Assembly: GCF_009914755.1 (NCBI RefSeq)
Contig: NC_060947.1
Reading direction: 5' to 3' (one strand)
Length of the DNA: 64,000 bases
Source of the DNA: the human T2T-CHM13v2.0 reference genome, Homo sapiens
Position numbers and translations under genes: made by a program. Below are positions 12,673-35,661 of this stretch, in pieces. Every line of letters begins with the position of its first letter. Positions within the stretch are counted from its first letter, which is position 1. A model generated the notes under the pieces. It saw only the letters and a program-made list of their open reading frames with translations, was not told the origin of the DNA and made no database searches.

Positions 12673-14454
12673 CTGTGCAACCCTGAATTGTCAATCACTT
12701 CATTCTATTTTTTGTTATGGACAGTATCATCCGGGAATATTTCCCCAAGTTGTTATGCCTGGTAAGTATTTACTGTCATCATTGTCTCTTACTCAAGTAC
12801 ATGACCTCCATGCCTGCCCTCAAGTCCTTTGGCTCTTGCCTGGATTACATGTTTGTATCCAGCCCTCATCCATTTTAGAGGCATAGATTCCTGAAAAAGA
12901 CAAGAATATTCTCCCTGGAATAAAATGTCCATAAACACACACACGCACCCACACTCACTAATTCACACAAAAGTTGCATCTAATAATAGATGCTTCCAAG
13001 ACCCACTGTTGAAGACTCCATCTGCTGTCTTGCTGATAGAATTTTGAGGGGGCCATTTCATGCCTCACCTCTGACCCTTTTTCCCTCCAGGCCTGTTCAT
13101 CTCCTTACTCATCCAGCTCTACCTCCCTGGTATGCACTGCTGACTGCCTCTTTCCTTTCTCAGGATGGCCAGGAGTTAGCATCTCCAATTATAATTGGCA
13201 TTGAAGCCCCTGAGATAATAAAACCTTGTAAGGTAAGGAGGGACCAGATTTCAGATACTGTAAGGGACGTTTTTTAAACCACATAGTTTCAAGATGTCTT
13301 TTGATTCCAGGAAAGCTATAAAGGATCTGAGACCATAAAGAGTCTGGTGCTTCAGTTCCTGCTTCAGTAAGTACCCCAGAATCCTGAGGCTGTGGAAGGC
13401 TGAGACAAGACAGGCCACCCAAGCAAATGTCTATTCATGGATTTAGGAAGTCTTCAAGTCTCCTTTGGGGCCCAGGCCACAGAGATAGCCTTTCCCCACT
13501 GCTCTTTCACAGGTATTACTTGATCTATGACTCTGAAGATCGAACGGGTCTCCTCAGTGTTTACCATGACAAGGCCTGCTTCTCCCTGACCATTACCCTC
13601 AACCCTGAGGACCCAGAACCGTGAGTATCACGGCTCTGACTCTGGTCTGGGGCCATGTGGTCCCCAGCAAAGGCCAGTTCCTGGAAATGTCTGCACTAGC
13701 TGGACCACCCACTCCTGTTCCTCTTCTTCTCCTAGGAGCAGCTTGGAAAAATACTTCAAGGATAGCAGGAATATAAAGAATATCAAGGACCCTTGTGAGT
13801 GTGTGATGGGTGAAGATCAGCATGGGAAATGGGGTGGAGAGTCAATAATAGGGTACAGGGTACAGGGTGTGGCAGCCCTCAATGCTTCTCTTTCTCACAC
13901 AGGCCTGAGGATTCAGCTGCTGAAGCACACAAAACGTGAGATTGTGGACTCCCTCAGTGTATTGCCCAGAACTCAGCATGACCTTAACTCCTATGTGGTA
14001 GACTTGTGCATCCAAACGGTGAGCACCTGCTTCCTCCCTCAGTCAGGCCCAGAGAGCTGAAGTAGGTAGGAAGTAGGTAGGTGGGTAGGAGGATCATGAA
14101 GGCTCTAGTTTTTTCTTCTTCCCTTTCAGGAAAGGATGCTCGTCTTTTCTGTCAATGGAGTATTTAAGGAAGGTGAGTGTCTATAGATTCTTCTCTCCAG
14201 ATCACTCATTACTCCCTTCCCCAGGCTGGGCTTACTCCAAGAACTCTCTCAGCTTCCCAAGTTGCTCTTCTCCCCTTCCCTTGCATTCTTCCTCTCCGTT
14301 TGTGTTCTTCCTCTCCTGGCAACTTTCTGTTATCTTTGTGTTCTTTCCTTTTTGTTCCCTTCCCTTTGTGTTCTTCCTCTCCCCCAATTTTGTTCCCAAA
14401 CATCATTACTTCCTGACCTACATCCATGCCTGTCTGCACCTGCACCACTCAGGC

Positions 14455-14650
14455 GTTAGGGACACAGCCTGTAGAGTTTGATGGCTCTCATCCCAGGTTG
14501 TTACTTTGCGAACTTGGGACATTGTCCTGTTACCTAACCCCTCAGTTTCCTCATTTGCAAAATGGGGTTGGTAAGCTCATCTCTTGGGTGACTGTGTAAA
14601 ATGAATCAAGCGAACTCATGTTTGTCAAGAGACCTGACACATGTTAGGGG
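14455..14650 (+). mobile_element. MIR fragment
   Basis: MIR core cctcagtttcctcatttgcaaaatgggg. Confidence 0.7.
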
Positions 14651-15779
14651 GTTCTATCCCTGGGTGCCGCTTGTTCCTATTTTTGCCCTCTCAGTCCCTG
14701 AAACTCCCTCCTGACTCTCACTGAAAAGTTGTCCCAGCCTGGCTCCCTTCAGGGTGCCAAAAGATTATCTCCCTGACTGGAGAACCCTGTATGAATGTGT
14801 AAAGCATGTGCAACTGTAAGGAGGTATCATTGTTTGTTGTTTCTAAAGTGGAAAGAGAGTCTCCAGGTTCTGTTCTTGCCTTCACCCGAACCTTCATCTT
14901 GACTTCTGTCGGCAATTCCAAGTAAGTGCTGTGCTGTGGGTGGGAGCACCCATCCTGTCCTGGAGCCAATGGTGTGGTAATGTGGTGGTGCAGTCCTCGG
15001 GATGTTCTCAGTACCATAGAAAGCCAACTGGTAGATCCAAGGAGAGGTCTAGATTATGAGAATACCAGATTCTCTTTTTGGCCACAATAGTTACTAATTA
15101 GCTGTGTATCTTTTTGTCCAGTTGTAAGATTTCTCTGTGAAACAGTCCTTTTCTGAAAATGGGATGTCTACTTCTTTTGTAAAGTGTAAATGCATTGGGG
15201 TTAAATCTACAAATCTAAGGAAACTGGTAGGCAATCTCTCCAAAAGTGGACTCTGCAGCAGGGGTAAAGCCTACCAGCCAAGGAATCCGAAAGGTGGGCA
15301 GAGCAGGGGCTTGGAAGGAATCTGGTTCCTCAGTGGCAGTGGAAGCAGGATCATTGTTGAAAGTGTGGGGTTGTCCATTTTTCCAGTTGTCTGAGAGCTT
15401 GTCTTTCCTTCAGTCTGTATATTGTGAATGACAAGCTGATTGTGAGGAATGCCAGCACGAAGGAGACCCAGAGTGCCTTCTCCATCCCAGTGCCTGCACC
15501 CTCCTCCAGCTCCTTGCCTACCCTCTCCCAGAAGCAGCAGGAAATGGTGGAGACTGTCTCCACCCAGTCTGGGATGAAACTTGAGCAGTCTCAGAAGTGA
15601 GTGCTGGGAGTCTTTCAGGATAGATGTGAGCTGGGAAGAGTGGGGAGTGAAAAATGGAAACTCTCAGTTAATTTGTAAAAATAACTATTTAGATGTGGTG
15701 CTTCCAAAAATGAGTGGCCTCATAAAGTATATATATTAATTGATTGTGATAAAGAAATTAATTTTTAAACAATATAGCG

Positions 15780-17920
15780 TTCAGATCACATGACATGATC
15801 TTGTATATATAAAATCCTATGGAAACCACTTAAAAACACGTTAAAATTAATAAATAAGTTCTGCCTTGTTTCAGGATACAAAATCAATGTACAAAAACCA
15901 ATTGTATTACTATATACCTGTAATGAACAATAAGAAAATAAAATTAAGAAAACAATTCCATGTACAAAAGCATACAAATAACACAGGAACAAATTTAATG
16001 ACAAAGAAAAATCCAAAACATTTACTTTGAAATCTGCAGTACATTATAGAAAGAAATTAAGGAAGACCTAAATAAATGGAATGACATCCCATGTCCCTGG
16101 ATTGGAAGACTTAATATTGTTAAAATGGCAATACTCCCCAAATTTGTATATAGATTCAATGCAAATGCAATCCATATCAAAATCCCAGCTGGCTTCTTTG
16201 TAGAAATTAAGAGGTTAACCCTAACATTTAAATGAAAATACAATGAATGCAGAATAAAAAATAATTTTGAAAAAGAACAAAGTTGGAGGACCCACTACAA
16301 AGTTACTGCAGTCTTACTACAAAGCTACAGTAATCAGTCCATACTGAGTGATACAGACCTAAGAATAGACATATAGATCAATGTAATAAAGTGAGAGTCC
16401 AAAATAAACCAAAATCCTTACCTTTATGGTCAATAGCTTTTCTACCAGAGCGCCAAGAAAAAAAGCCAGTGGGTAAAGAAAGAATAGCCTTTTCAACAAC
16501 TGGCCCAGGCAGAACTGGATATCCACTCACAAACAATGAATTTGTACCCCATCATATGCCATATACAATAATAAATCAAAATAGCCCAAGGCCTAAAAGT
16601 TAGAGCTAAAACTATAAAAATCTTAGAAGGAAACAAAAGAGTGAATCTTTGTGACCTTGAATTAGACAGTGGTTTCTGATATATAACAAAACACACATAC
16701 ACACACAAAATTAGATAAAGTGGATTTCTTCAAAATTTAAAACTTGTTTTGCATTAAAAGGTACTATCAATGAAGTAAAAAGACAACCCAAGAATCAGAG
16801 AAAATATGTGCATTATTATACATCTGATAAGGGACTTGTATTCAGAATATATAAAGAACTCTTGGAACTCAACCATAAAAATGAAAATAACCCAATTAAA
16901 ATGTAAACCACACTGAGGTATCACTTCACACACAGCAGGATGGCTACCATTTTTTGAGATCGAAATAACAAGTGTTGATAGGAGGAAAGCAATAGGGAGA
17001 GCTGTGTTAAAAGATACAAAATTACAGCTACATAGGAGGAATAAGTTCTAGTGTTTTACAGCATTGTGGGATGACTATAGCTAACAATAATATGTAGTTT
17101 CAAATAGCTAGAAGGAGGATATTAAATGTTCCCAACACAAAGATAAATATTTAAGATGATGGATATGCTAGTTACATTCATCTGCTCACTGTACATTGCA
17201 TGTATCGAAACATCATTATGTACCCCATAAATATGTACAATTATTATATGTCAATTAAAAATAATTTTTTAATGTTGACAAAGCTATGGATAAATTGGAA
17301 CCCTCATACATTGCTGGTAAGAATGGAAAATGATGCAGCTACTGTGGAAAATAGTTTGGCAGTTCTTCAAAATGGTAAATATGGAATTACTATATGACAC
17401 AGCGATTACACAAAGAGTGATGAAAACTTATGTTCACACAAAAACTTGAAAATGAGTGTTTATTGCAGCATTATTCGTAATAGTCAAAAAGTGGAAACAA
17501 TCCAAATATTCATCCATTTATGAAGATAAATCAAATGTGATATGTCTATATAATGAAATATTACTTGGCAATAAAATAGAATTAAGTTGTGATACATGTT
17601 ATAACATGGATGACCCTTGAAAATATTATGCTAAGTGAAAACAGCCAATCACAAAAGACTACATATTATATGAGTTTGTTTATATAAAATGCCCCAAATA
17701 GGCAAATCCATAGAGACAGATAACAGATTAATGGTAACTAGGGTCTGGGCAAAAAGGGGAATGAAGAGTGACTGCTAACAGGTAAGGAGTATTTTTTTAA
17801 GGTGGTGGAAATGTTTTGGGTAGATAAAATTGTAATGGTTGCACAATTTTGTAAATATACCAGAAAAATCACTGAATTGTACACCTTAAAATGGTGAATC
17901 CTGTCTTACACCACAATTTT
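15780..17920 (+). mobile_element. Old L1 (L1MA/MB-like) 3' part in an NXF4 intron, with a nested L1MA 3' end at about 16981-17265
   Basis: ORF2-like text (caggatacaaaatcaatgtacaaaaacc) and L1MB-type 3'UTR; the nested piece is bracketed by gtgttgata / atgttgaca. Confidence 0.85.
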
Positions 17921-18665
17921 AAAATTAGTGGATAATTTTTAGTTTTGAATTTCTATTTGTTATTTCTTGAACATCTTTTTTCGTCAATATATATTAAGCT
18001 CTTGTTCATTTGAACAACCCTATTTTCCTACTTTGTATTCTAGTGGGCATGAATGTCAGCGATAGGCATTTTGGTTTTCCCTAGGCCTTTAGTCATCGTT
18101 ACAATAGCGCTCATATTGGTACATGGGTCCCAGCAAAAAGTAGCATAGATTAAGGGGTGGCATTGCATAGTCAGCGTGTTGGAAATCACCTGTTCTTCTC
18201 CCACCCCAGGTGCCTTCAGGACAGTGAGTAGAACTACACCAAAGCTGACCAGGTTTTCACTATTCTCCAGGTGAGATCTGGGAATCAAGTGGGTAAAATG
18301 TGGATGTTTCCTGTCTTTCAGAAAGGCCAGAAAATTGTAGGCCAGGTGGTCTGGGTATGGAACCCAGGGCATCTGGCTCTTTGGACGTCCCAACTCCTTT
18401 TCTTTACTTCCTCTAGACCGAAGGCAAGATCTCAGTGGAGGCCTTCAAGCAAATCCCCTAAAAGGAGCCCTTCGATGTCTTCTTTGTCTTCATTCACATC
18501 CTCTTTGTTTCCTCTTTTTACCAGCCTAAGGCCGTGCCCAGGACTGGGGTTGGCAGCCTGGCTCACCGGAAAGCCAAAGTTAACTTGCAGGCCGGGTAAC
18601 ATAACCACTTGAAGAACCAGTTGTTCTGTGTATTCGCCCCACTCATGATCACCATTTATTTTCAT

Positions 18666-18671
18666 AATAAA
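18666..18671 (+). terminator. NXF4 polyadenylation signal
   Basis: AATAAA about 205 nt after the terminal TAA, followed by GT-rich sequence. Confidence 0.75.
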
Positions 18672-21287
18672 GAGTGATGTTACATGTTGTACATTGTATA
18701 TCCTGGATTGCTCTTCCCCTGCCCCAACCATGAGCCAGCAGGGCCAGGACTGAAAGACCCTGCATCCCTATTCATCCCTGGCTGGCTGCAGGAGATACAT
18801 TGATTGGGCTTGCATTCATAGGTAATTTGTCAATAAATCCTGATGAGAAAGGGCACACGCTCCTTCCAGAGATTGGCCTTGGCCTTAAGAGACAGTGGGA
18901 CTCTGTCAGATGCTCAACCTGGAGCCAAACAGAAGCGGGCATGTTACCTGGCACAACAGGGGCTTCCATCCACCGTCCCGACCCCTCCCTTTCCCAAAGG
19001 TGCACTTTGCGAGGAGTCTCAGGTTAGCATCTGCAGGGGCGGGGAGACTCAGCCCATCTGCCCAGCTCATTCCTCAGAGAGCCGACACCAGGTGCTCCAT
19101 GTCCATGTTCTTGAATGGGTTCAGCCATTTATTTTCACTTCTAAGCAAACAACAGCAGCACAGAATCTCAGGTTATGGTCATTTCTGTAGGAACTTTCTC
19201 AACAACTGGCATTTAGCATTTCCGAATTGCAGGCAAGAGTTGAATGGGACATTTGCAGAATTTATTTTCCACACTTCTGTAATGCTTGCATGTTAGACAA
19301 TCAGCAGGCACACTTTTTGAAATTAGAATAATAGTGGTATGACGTTTTCAAGTCACAATCCTATAAATGATTACATAGGAGAGGTACCACCAGTTTACAA
19401 ATTATGCCTCCACTTTCGTGTTTGGCATATGTTATTTCCTACCAGTTGCCACTTTCCTACCACTTGCCACTTTTCAATTCTTTATGTACATGTACATTTG
19501 GGAGCCATATGTTGGAGTGTTAATCTCTTAAAACTAGGAACTAAGGGGATAGTTGCAATCACATAAAGAATAATGCCAACTTTGTTCGTCCCTGTAGTGC
19601 CTCAATAGTCAAAGACAAGCTCCTGTACCTCTCTAAGCCTTGGTCCTCTCACCTAGGGAGCAGAGACCACACCGTGCGCTTCTCAGCCTCATCGCGGGGA
19701 CTACAGATGGTCTCACATGTTACTTATCAACCATGGTGTCTGTTCAGGCACTCAGAGCTCAGAGATGCCTGGGTTCCTTTGTGTGCAGGAATCATGGAAC
19801 CCATCACATGGCCCCTCTACTTCCCCTCTGTACATCATCAGGCTTCCACAACCTTGACCTCCTTTTCTACCCAGCTCAGACACCATGGTCTTCCAGTCTC
19901 TCATCCTCCTGCCAGTTCCCACAATTCCTTGTGGTCTCATGCTCCCGAGCAAATGCTAACCCTAAAGTTGTCTTCATCACATACGTCTGTATACCCAAAG
20001 TCACAGTTTCTAAGTAGCAGAATTGAGATGTGAAACTAGACAGTGGGGCCTCAAAGTCTTGAGTATGGAATGGCTGCACACTCATTAAACCTCCAGTCTT
20101 TTATTTTAATCTCCAAAACAGCATGTTGCATGAGCATTAGTGCTACTCTCATTTAAAAGAAGATAAAAATTAGGCCCAGAGGAGTGACATAGTTAATACA
20201 ACTCAGGATTTTGGTATGCAGTCACTCACCTGTGCCACCCTCAACTATAACATAGATTCATACTCGATGTAAAAATATAGCTAGACTTGAAGTCAGCACA
20301 AGGGAAATGACTCAACCATTTTCCTCTGGTCATGGGTAGATGTGCTCTTGGAACACCCCTTTCCATACTCCAATCTTTAGTTCCTGTGTACACTCTCCCC
20401 ATTCTTAGACACAATAAGAAAACTGTGGCTTTGATGTTCAACTATAGGGTGGGGCAGCAGAGACAAGAAAGAACATAGAATGAAATGAAGGTTTCCAGCA
20501 AGACAGATACCAATTTACAAGATTATGTTCCTATGGTTTTACACATTTTATTTAAGTATCAATGCTCTCTCTCTCTCTCTCACTAACATCCCATTCCTTG
20601 ATCTCTCTAATTTTCTCCCACTTTCAGACCTTCTAGCACTTTCTTTCCCTTCCAAACTTGATTGCAGGCTCCATAATTTCATGCACAATTGAGGCAAAAT
20701 CCTCAACTTCCTTGCAGTGTCAGCAGGGTCACTAAATTTTATTCATGATAATAACCTGGGAATCAGAAATTAGTAAATGGACACTGGTGCCAGGGTCAGT
20801 TTTTCTATAGTTAACTGCTTTCCGTTGAATTGAAAATATTAAAGTTCAAAATATATATTCTATCCCCTCTGCCAAAAACAACCAAAAATTAATGGCAAGT
20901 GAAAAATTGGAAAAGTATTTGCAACATATTTTAGTGAGAGAAGATTAATATACTGGACATATAAATAAATCTGACTTAGCTAAAAGAGTGATGTCTATGG
21001 CCAGCTATTATATATTTCAAAGAAATATTAAACTAATTCAAATATATACACAATTTTAAAGTACATATAAAAACGAGATAAATACATGAAAAAGAAAATT
21101 TCAGAATATACATATAATAAGATCCAACTGATTAAAAAGAATATATATTTACATATTAACATACATGTATGAGTTTCATTGTTTGGAAATCATAGTAATA
21201 ATAGATATTTACTTCTAGTGCTTTGTTCATGGTTTCTACAACTCTTCAGTAATACCTCTTACTTTCCTCTATTAGAAAGTATTTTCC

Positions 21288-27465
<6,178 letters not shown>

Positions 27466-27549
27466 TTAAATATGGTACTGAAGCAAATAAACCACTAATA
27501 GTTGAAAAAAATAAATAAATAAATTGTTGATGTATTGAAAAAAAAAAAA

Positions 27550-27935
27550 GAAATCCACCTAAAATCAGATTCAGATGTCAAGACTGATAATGCCACACAC
27601 ACAGCAAGAGGGTATGAGAAGCTTTATTACTAACATAATGAGGCTTCTCAGGAGGGCACAGTGGGCCTTCCAAGCTGGTCCAAAAATGGCTTGAGAGACC
27701 AAGAATAGGAGACTGACTTGAGATTTGTGTGTTGTTTAAGGGGTAGGGCCAGGGTGAGAGTTCCTGTGCACAATCAGGGGCTTGCGTGATTTGAATCTCT
27801 TACTGGTGCTAAAGGACAGAGCACCTAGACTTTCTTATAAGCTTACCTGGTGTGGGGCAGAAGGGAAAGATGCATGAGTGAGACTTAAAAGTTGTCAGCA
27901 AACATTAAAAAAAAGAGTTAGACTCTTTATTATAT
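27550..27935 (-). mobile_element. Probable old LTR fragment
   Basis: Antisense LTR-like sequence with tttatt; family not recognised. Confidence 0.4.
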
Positions 27936-28280
27936 ACTTCCACGTGGACATTTACTTTAGAAAACTTCATTCATGACAAGCTTCTCCTGTAGAAATCCCA
28001 GGCATGTGTAATAGTGCTTTACATAAGTGCAAAGAGCCAAGCCTCACTTAGAGCAACCCTGTCTTCAGCCTTATCTCACTACCACAGTCTAGTGTCTGTG
28101 GTTTCCTCTGGATCAATATGGTTTCCTCTGGATCTTCACTGGTTCCTGGTGGAAGATTAACACTCTAGACATCTCTCTGAACTGGTGACTACTGAGGTAC
28201 AACTGGTCTTGTTTTTGTTTTTGTTTTTGTTTTCTGTGCAGGTAACTGCTTGGGCCTGTTGACCAGACCATTCACCTCTG

Positions 28281-28499
28281 TGTATACATATGTATATACA
28301 CAATTATATACATATATAGTTTGCCGATAGTAAGTTTTATATATATATACACATATACGTATATATATACATATATATACACATATACGTATATATATAC
28401 ATATATATACACATATATATACACATATACGTATATATATACATATATATATACATATATATACACATATACGTATATATATACATATATATATATACA
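28281..28499. repeat. (TA/CA)n compound microsatellite
   Basis: Repeated tatatatacacatatacg units. Confidence 0.95.
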
Positions 28500-30867
28500 G
28501 AAATGAGTTATCTCTCACTAGAAAGATTAAGAATAATATCTAACAGAATTACAGTAAGGAGAAAATAAACAGAGAAAGTTTGTTTTGACACATAGTAGGC
28601 CTTCAATACATGTTTGTTTTTTACTCCTCTCTTCTGAAAATGAGGTGATGCTCACATAAATAGCATAACACTCAGGGACCACAGGGAAATGTAAACACAA
28701 AAAGTGAAGTGTACATACTATTATATATTGTAAGAATTTTGGTGCTCTTTTGGAGTGCTATGATATGTTACCTGATGGAGGTGAGAAGAGGGATAGATAT
28801 TTGCACCATTTATTTTTATTCTTTCATAAACATTCCCGTCTATTATTCTGTCTTTATATTTAACATCAGAAGTGCACATTTCCATTGAAGTTGAAAAATA
28901 ACGGTTCACAATCCCTGAATATGCAAAATTTAGTCAAAATGTCTGTGCCATTGCATACAAGAAATAGTAAGTTATCGGTTAATAGTTTGCCGATAGTAAG
29001 TTATTGGCAAAACTGTTGCATGTGTCTATTATATGATAAAACAGAAGTCAGTTTATAGTTTACATTGGGATTCCGAAGTGGCATTGGCATAAATCTGTAT
29101 TTAACTGGCCTTTTAAAATTGTCATAACTTTCCGTGTAATAAAAGGTGTCTAGCACCACCATGAGTGTACTGAAGCTGGAAAAAAGTGGTGAGAAGGCGA
29201 AAGGTTTCAATTTATAGAGACCATCCTTGGGTATAAACAGAGGCCTGTAATGGAAAGCCTACTAGGTAATCAGAGGAAGCCTGAGACAAAGACTGTGGCT
29301 GAACTCTGCAGTAAAGGACAGTCTATTGGAAACAATTCATTTCAATATCCACAGGGCTACCTGTGTAGACAAAAGACCAAGGAACAAGAGGGATTTGAGA
29401 TGTCTCAGAAGATTTCTGTTTTGACAAATGATTCAAGGACCAAAAAGCACCTGCATGCCTTGAATCTATAAAAGACCTATGGGAACTTTACTCAGTCACA
29501 TCCCCAGAAAATGAGAGCAATGTGACCAGAACATATCTGTGATATCTGCCTTACTCCACGTGGAGAATGTGATCAGACTGGTCAATGGAGACACAAGACA
29601 CTTACAGGACTTCTTTTAGGAAGCAGAACACGTAAAGCAAAAAGTCACTCCATAGGGTTTAAGGTAAATTTAAGATGTTCTTCCTCACACCTTCTCCTAA
29701 GATGTTTACAATCAAATCATTCTTCAAGTGTTTTAACAATTAATAACTGTTTGTAGATATGGACCATTGTGTTTAGACCAAAGAGATGAGATTACCCATG
29801 CATATATTTGGGCCATTAAGTAGAATGTTGAAATAGGTGAAAGAAAATATTTTGGTTTGTTTGTGTTATTTAAGCTCATTCCTGGCCACTGCAGCAGGAG
29901 CCAAGAGAAATGGAGAAAGCAGAAGAGGCTTTCCCTTTATTCTTGAGTTAATCTATACACCACAGATATCCTTTGCCAGGTGTTCCAGACGGTCCCAGGA
30001 ATATCTGTCAATGTTGAGTAGGACTGCTTTACTTTTATTGAAGGTCTTGACATAAAGGTTCTGGGATTCAAAACTGCTATGGAAGTATGATTTCTCCTAT
30101 ATATATAAGCCTATGTTTATTGACAAGGACCTGGATTTAGCAAACAAGGGAAAAACTACAAGAGTGCAGCCATGAAGTACACAAAGCTGGAAGAATTGCA
30201 CATTCACATGTGTATGCATACACACAAACACACAGTCAACCAATTTTACATTTGAAAATTGATAAAGTGATAATGAAAAGTGATTATTCAAATTTACACT
30301 GAAAACCAACATTATATGCCAGAGAGTGTTTACCTGTATCAGGCACATATAATGTTTTCAAAATTCTGTCTCAGTTGCTTCTCATGATTACAAAATATTT
30401 ATATCTGTTCCACAAAATACCTTCCAAAATAAATTTTTTTGAGTAAGAAACTATATTGCATTTTGTTCTCTCTCTCTGTTCAACCACAAGATATCCAATA
30501 TTAACAGTTTGATGTATATGCTCATGACAAATCTATAAATCTATATTTTATTCATATCTATAGCTACATCTATATCTATTATAGATAAATATATAATGCA
30601 TATGTAAGTATATTCACATACTACTCTGCATCTTTATATTTTCAACTCTATGTCATTTTTCTTATTTGCATTTCTTTAATCACTAGGACATTTGGATATA
30701 TTTTCATATGTTTGATTATAATTTAAGGTTCTTTTGTAAGTAATATACATATGATCTTTTATTCTCTCCATTGGAATTATTAATACAAGTATTAGGTTGA
30801 TGCAAAAGTAATTGTGGTTTTTGCCATTAAAGGTAATATATTAGCCACATACCTATAGTATACATTA

Positions 30868-31414
<547 letters not shown>

Positions 31415-33042
31415 CTAGTTTAAGATTGGATTAGTTTCACTTACCGTGTTCTTGAGGTTCATCCATGTTGCAGCATGTACACATATTTTTACTGCTAAAT
31501 AGCATTTCATTATGTGGACATACCACATTTGTTTATTCATTTACCAGTTAATAGATATTTGGATTGTTTCCAATGTGGAAGCATAATTATGCTGTTGTAA
31601 ACTTTCATGTAAGAGTCTTTGGGTGGACATAAGTTTTCATTTTTCTTGGGTAGATTCATAATAGTGGTATTGTTGGAACATATAATAAATTTATATTTAA
31701 ATTTTATCTTTTCAAAATTTCTATTTTTAAGTATAAAAACTTTCATAATAAAACTAGTATCTAGTTATCTTTGGATTTTTGAAAATTTTCTAATGAAGTT
31801 ATGGTTATTCACATTTGTTAACTTGTTATAATTTCTCTTTGCTAAATTGTCTTTTCACATCCTTTCTCTAGTGCAGACTTCATATTTTAATTATCAATCT
31901 ATATTAGCTGTTTATGTTGATCATTTTTATTGTTTTTCTCAGTTTTTTTGCCTTTTAAATTTGCTTCTATTTATGACATTACAGAAGAATTTTAAAGAAA
32001 TGAGAATATTTACATTTGTGGAGTTTTTTCACTTCTTTTTATCTTAGAAATTTTTCGTTCCTGTAAACATTTATGTTAATCATAGATTTTTATCAATTAC
32101 ATTATAAAATTTTAACTCTTAAATTTAATTGGTATGTGTTTAGTGAAATGTCATAAGCCAAGGGTTATAAGCAGAAGTCCTCATCTCCTAAAAATAATTG
32201 CCCAGAATCATTTATGGAATAATTATATATTTTAATATTTGAATATGATAAGTCTCTTCAAATAATTTTTTTACATTTTACTTCTTAAGCTGTTTTCCAA
32301 AGTGGCTGCATAAATTTGTATGCCATCCAGTAATATATAAAGTTTCTAGTTTCTCCATAACCTCATATTTGTTATTGTCTGTCTTAAGGTTATAGCCATT
32401 TTAGTGGGCAGGGAGTTAAATCTCATTTTTGTTTTAATTTGCATTTCCCTAATGTTTAATGATCTTGAATATCTTTTCACCATATCTTCTTTCATTAAAT
32501 GCTTATTCAAATCTTTTGCCTTTTTTATCTGGATTATTTGCATTCATGTTATTCAGCTGTAGACAATCTTTTAATATTATTAATATTTCATTAGATATAT
32601 GATTTGCAAACATTTTATCCCAATGTGGGGTATGTCTTTCATTTTCTTAATAGTATTTTTGGGGTTGGGAAGGTGGGGCAGGAAATGCAGTTTTTCATTA
32701 TAAATGTAATGACTCCCATGTCCTAACTTCAATTCTTTAACCTCATGTATACAAATTAAATTTAAAAATTACTCTAACTTATGTAAACAAAAAAAATAGT
32801 ATTTTTGAAGTGTAAAAGTTTTTTATTTTGATTAAGTACAATTTATCATATTCTTAAATGGATTATGCTTTTGGTGTTATTCCTAAGAAATCTTTGCTTA
32901 TCTCAAGGTTACAAAGATTTTCTCCTATATTTTATTCTAAAAGTTTTATACTTTTAGCTTGTACTTTAGGTCTATGATCCATTTTGAGGTCATTATTGTG
33001 CATAATTTGCAAGGGAAGGGTGTAAGTTTATCTTTTTTTTTT

Positions 33043-33556
33043 CTTTCATAATTGAGATTTTATTGGATGTGGATCAGTAAGACACTTAAACTTGTACACA
33101 ATTCTTAACATACATACCGAAAATCTAAAAAGCCATGTATTGTAATTCTTTTTTAAAGTTATTCCAGCGACTTTCCAGCTTAAAATTTGGAAGCAAATTT
33201 TCCTTAAGAGGCTATCAATATCTTCACATGTTGATAAGCTGTTACATACATTTCACCAATTCACAACTGAATAGCATATACACTACATATTCAAATTTTT
33301 AATCTTTCACAGCATAACAAAGTTATTAGGAAAACAGGACTACCACAACCACAGATCTTACAGAGTGCACACAATTCTGACAGGGAGAAGCCAGGATCAA
33401 GGAGTGGTTTTCTTTAGAAAACAATTCTACTAAAAAACAGCAAGGGAATAGAAGTAATTTAAAATGTTCAAGACATTAAATGCAGGACTGACTTCATATT
33501 TCCATTTAATATGCTTTGTTTTATAGGATATAAAAACTAACCCCTCATCTATGGAA
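33043..33556 (-). pseudogene. HMGN1-like 3'UTR fragment carried by the adjacent L1
   Basis: Reverse complement TTCCATAGATGAGGGGTTAGTTTTTATATCCTATAA ... CCAATAAAATCTCAATTATGAAA matches my recall of the distal HMGN1 3'UTR; poly-T at 33033-33042. Confidence 0.75.

Positions 33557-35661
<2,105 letters not shown>

Larger units (their letters stand above)
8448..18690 (+). pseudogene. NXF4: Nuclear RNA export factor 4 pseudogene (unprocessed; NXF2/NXF5-like RRM, LRR, NTF2-like and UBA domains)
   Basis: Exons read by eye with AG/GT boundaries: 8448-8631, 8874-9006, 9597-9680, 9792-9896, 10015-10095, 10203-10272, 10430-10518, 10639-10746, 10933-11042, 12725-12761, 13164-13232, 13311-13366, 13513-13620, 13736-13794, 13903-14018, 14130-14172, 14849-14921, 15414-15596, 18210-18270, 18417-18461 (TAA). 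They translate to NXF motifs [53 protein letters not shown]. In-frame stops at 10087 (TAG), 10218 (TGA), 18229 (TAG). Position upstream of ARMCX5 fits NXF4. Confidence 0.93.

Noticed and set aside
11090-12886. Cluster of 75-154 aa ORFs as a nested gene
   Set aside because: They overlap in many frames of a GC-rich intron, several lack a true ATG, and none shows a recognisable domain.
18760-20090. Possible degenerate gene downstream of NXF4
   Set aside because: Unique, moderately GC-rich sequence, but I could not recognise a protein family or consistent exon structure; needs tBLASTx.
28189-28518. YI/YT-repeat proteins
   Set aside because: Translation of a TA/CA microsatellite.
29200-29650. 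Coding-like unique sequence (73-aa ORF at 29250)
   Set aside because: No recognisable homology, promoter or splice context.
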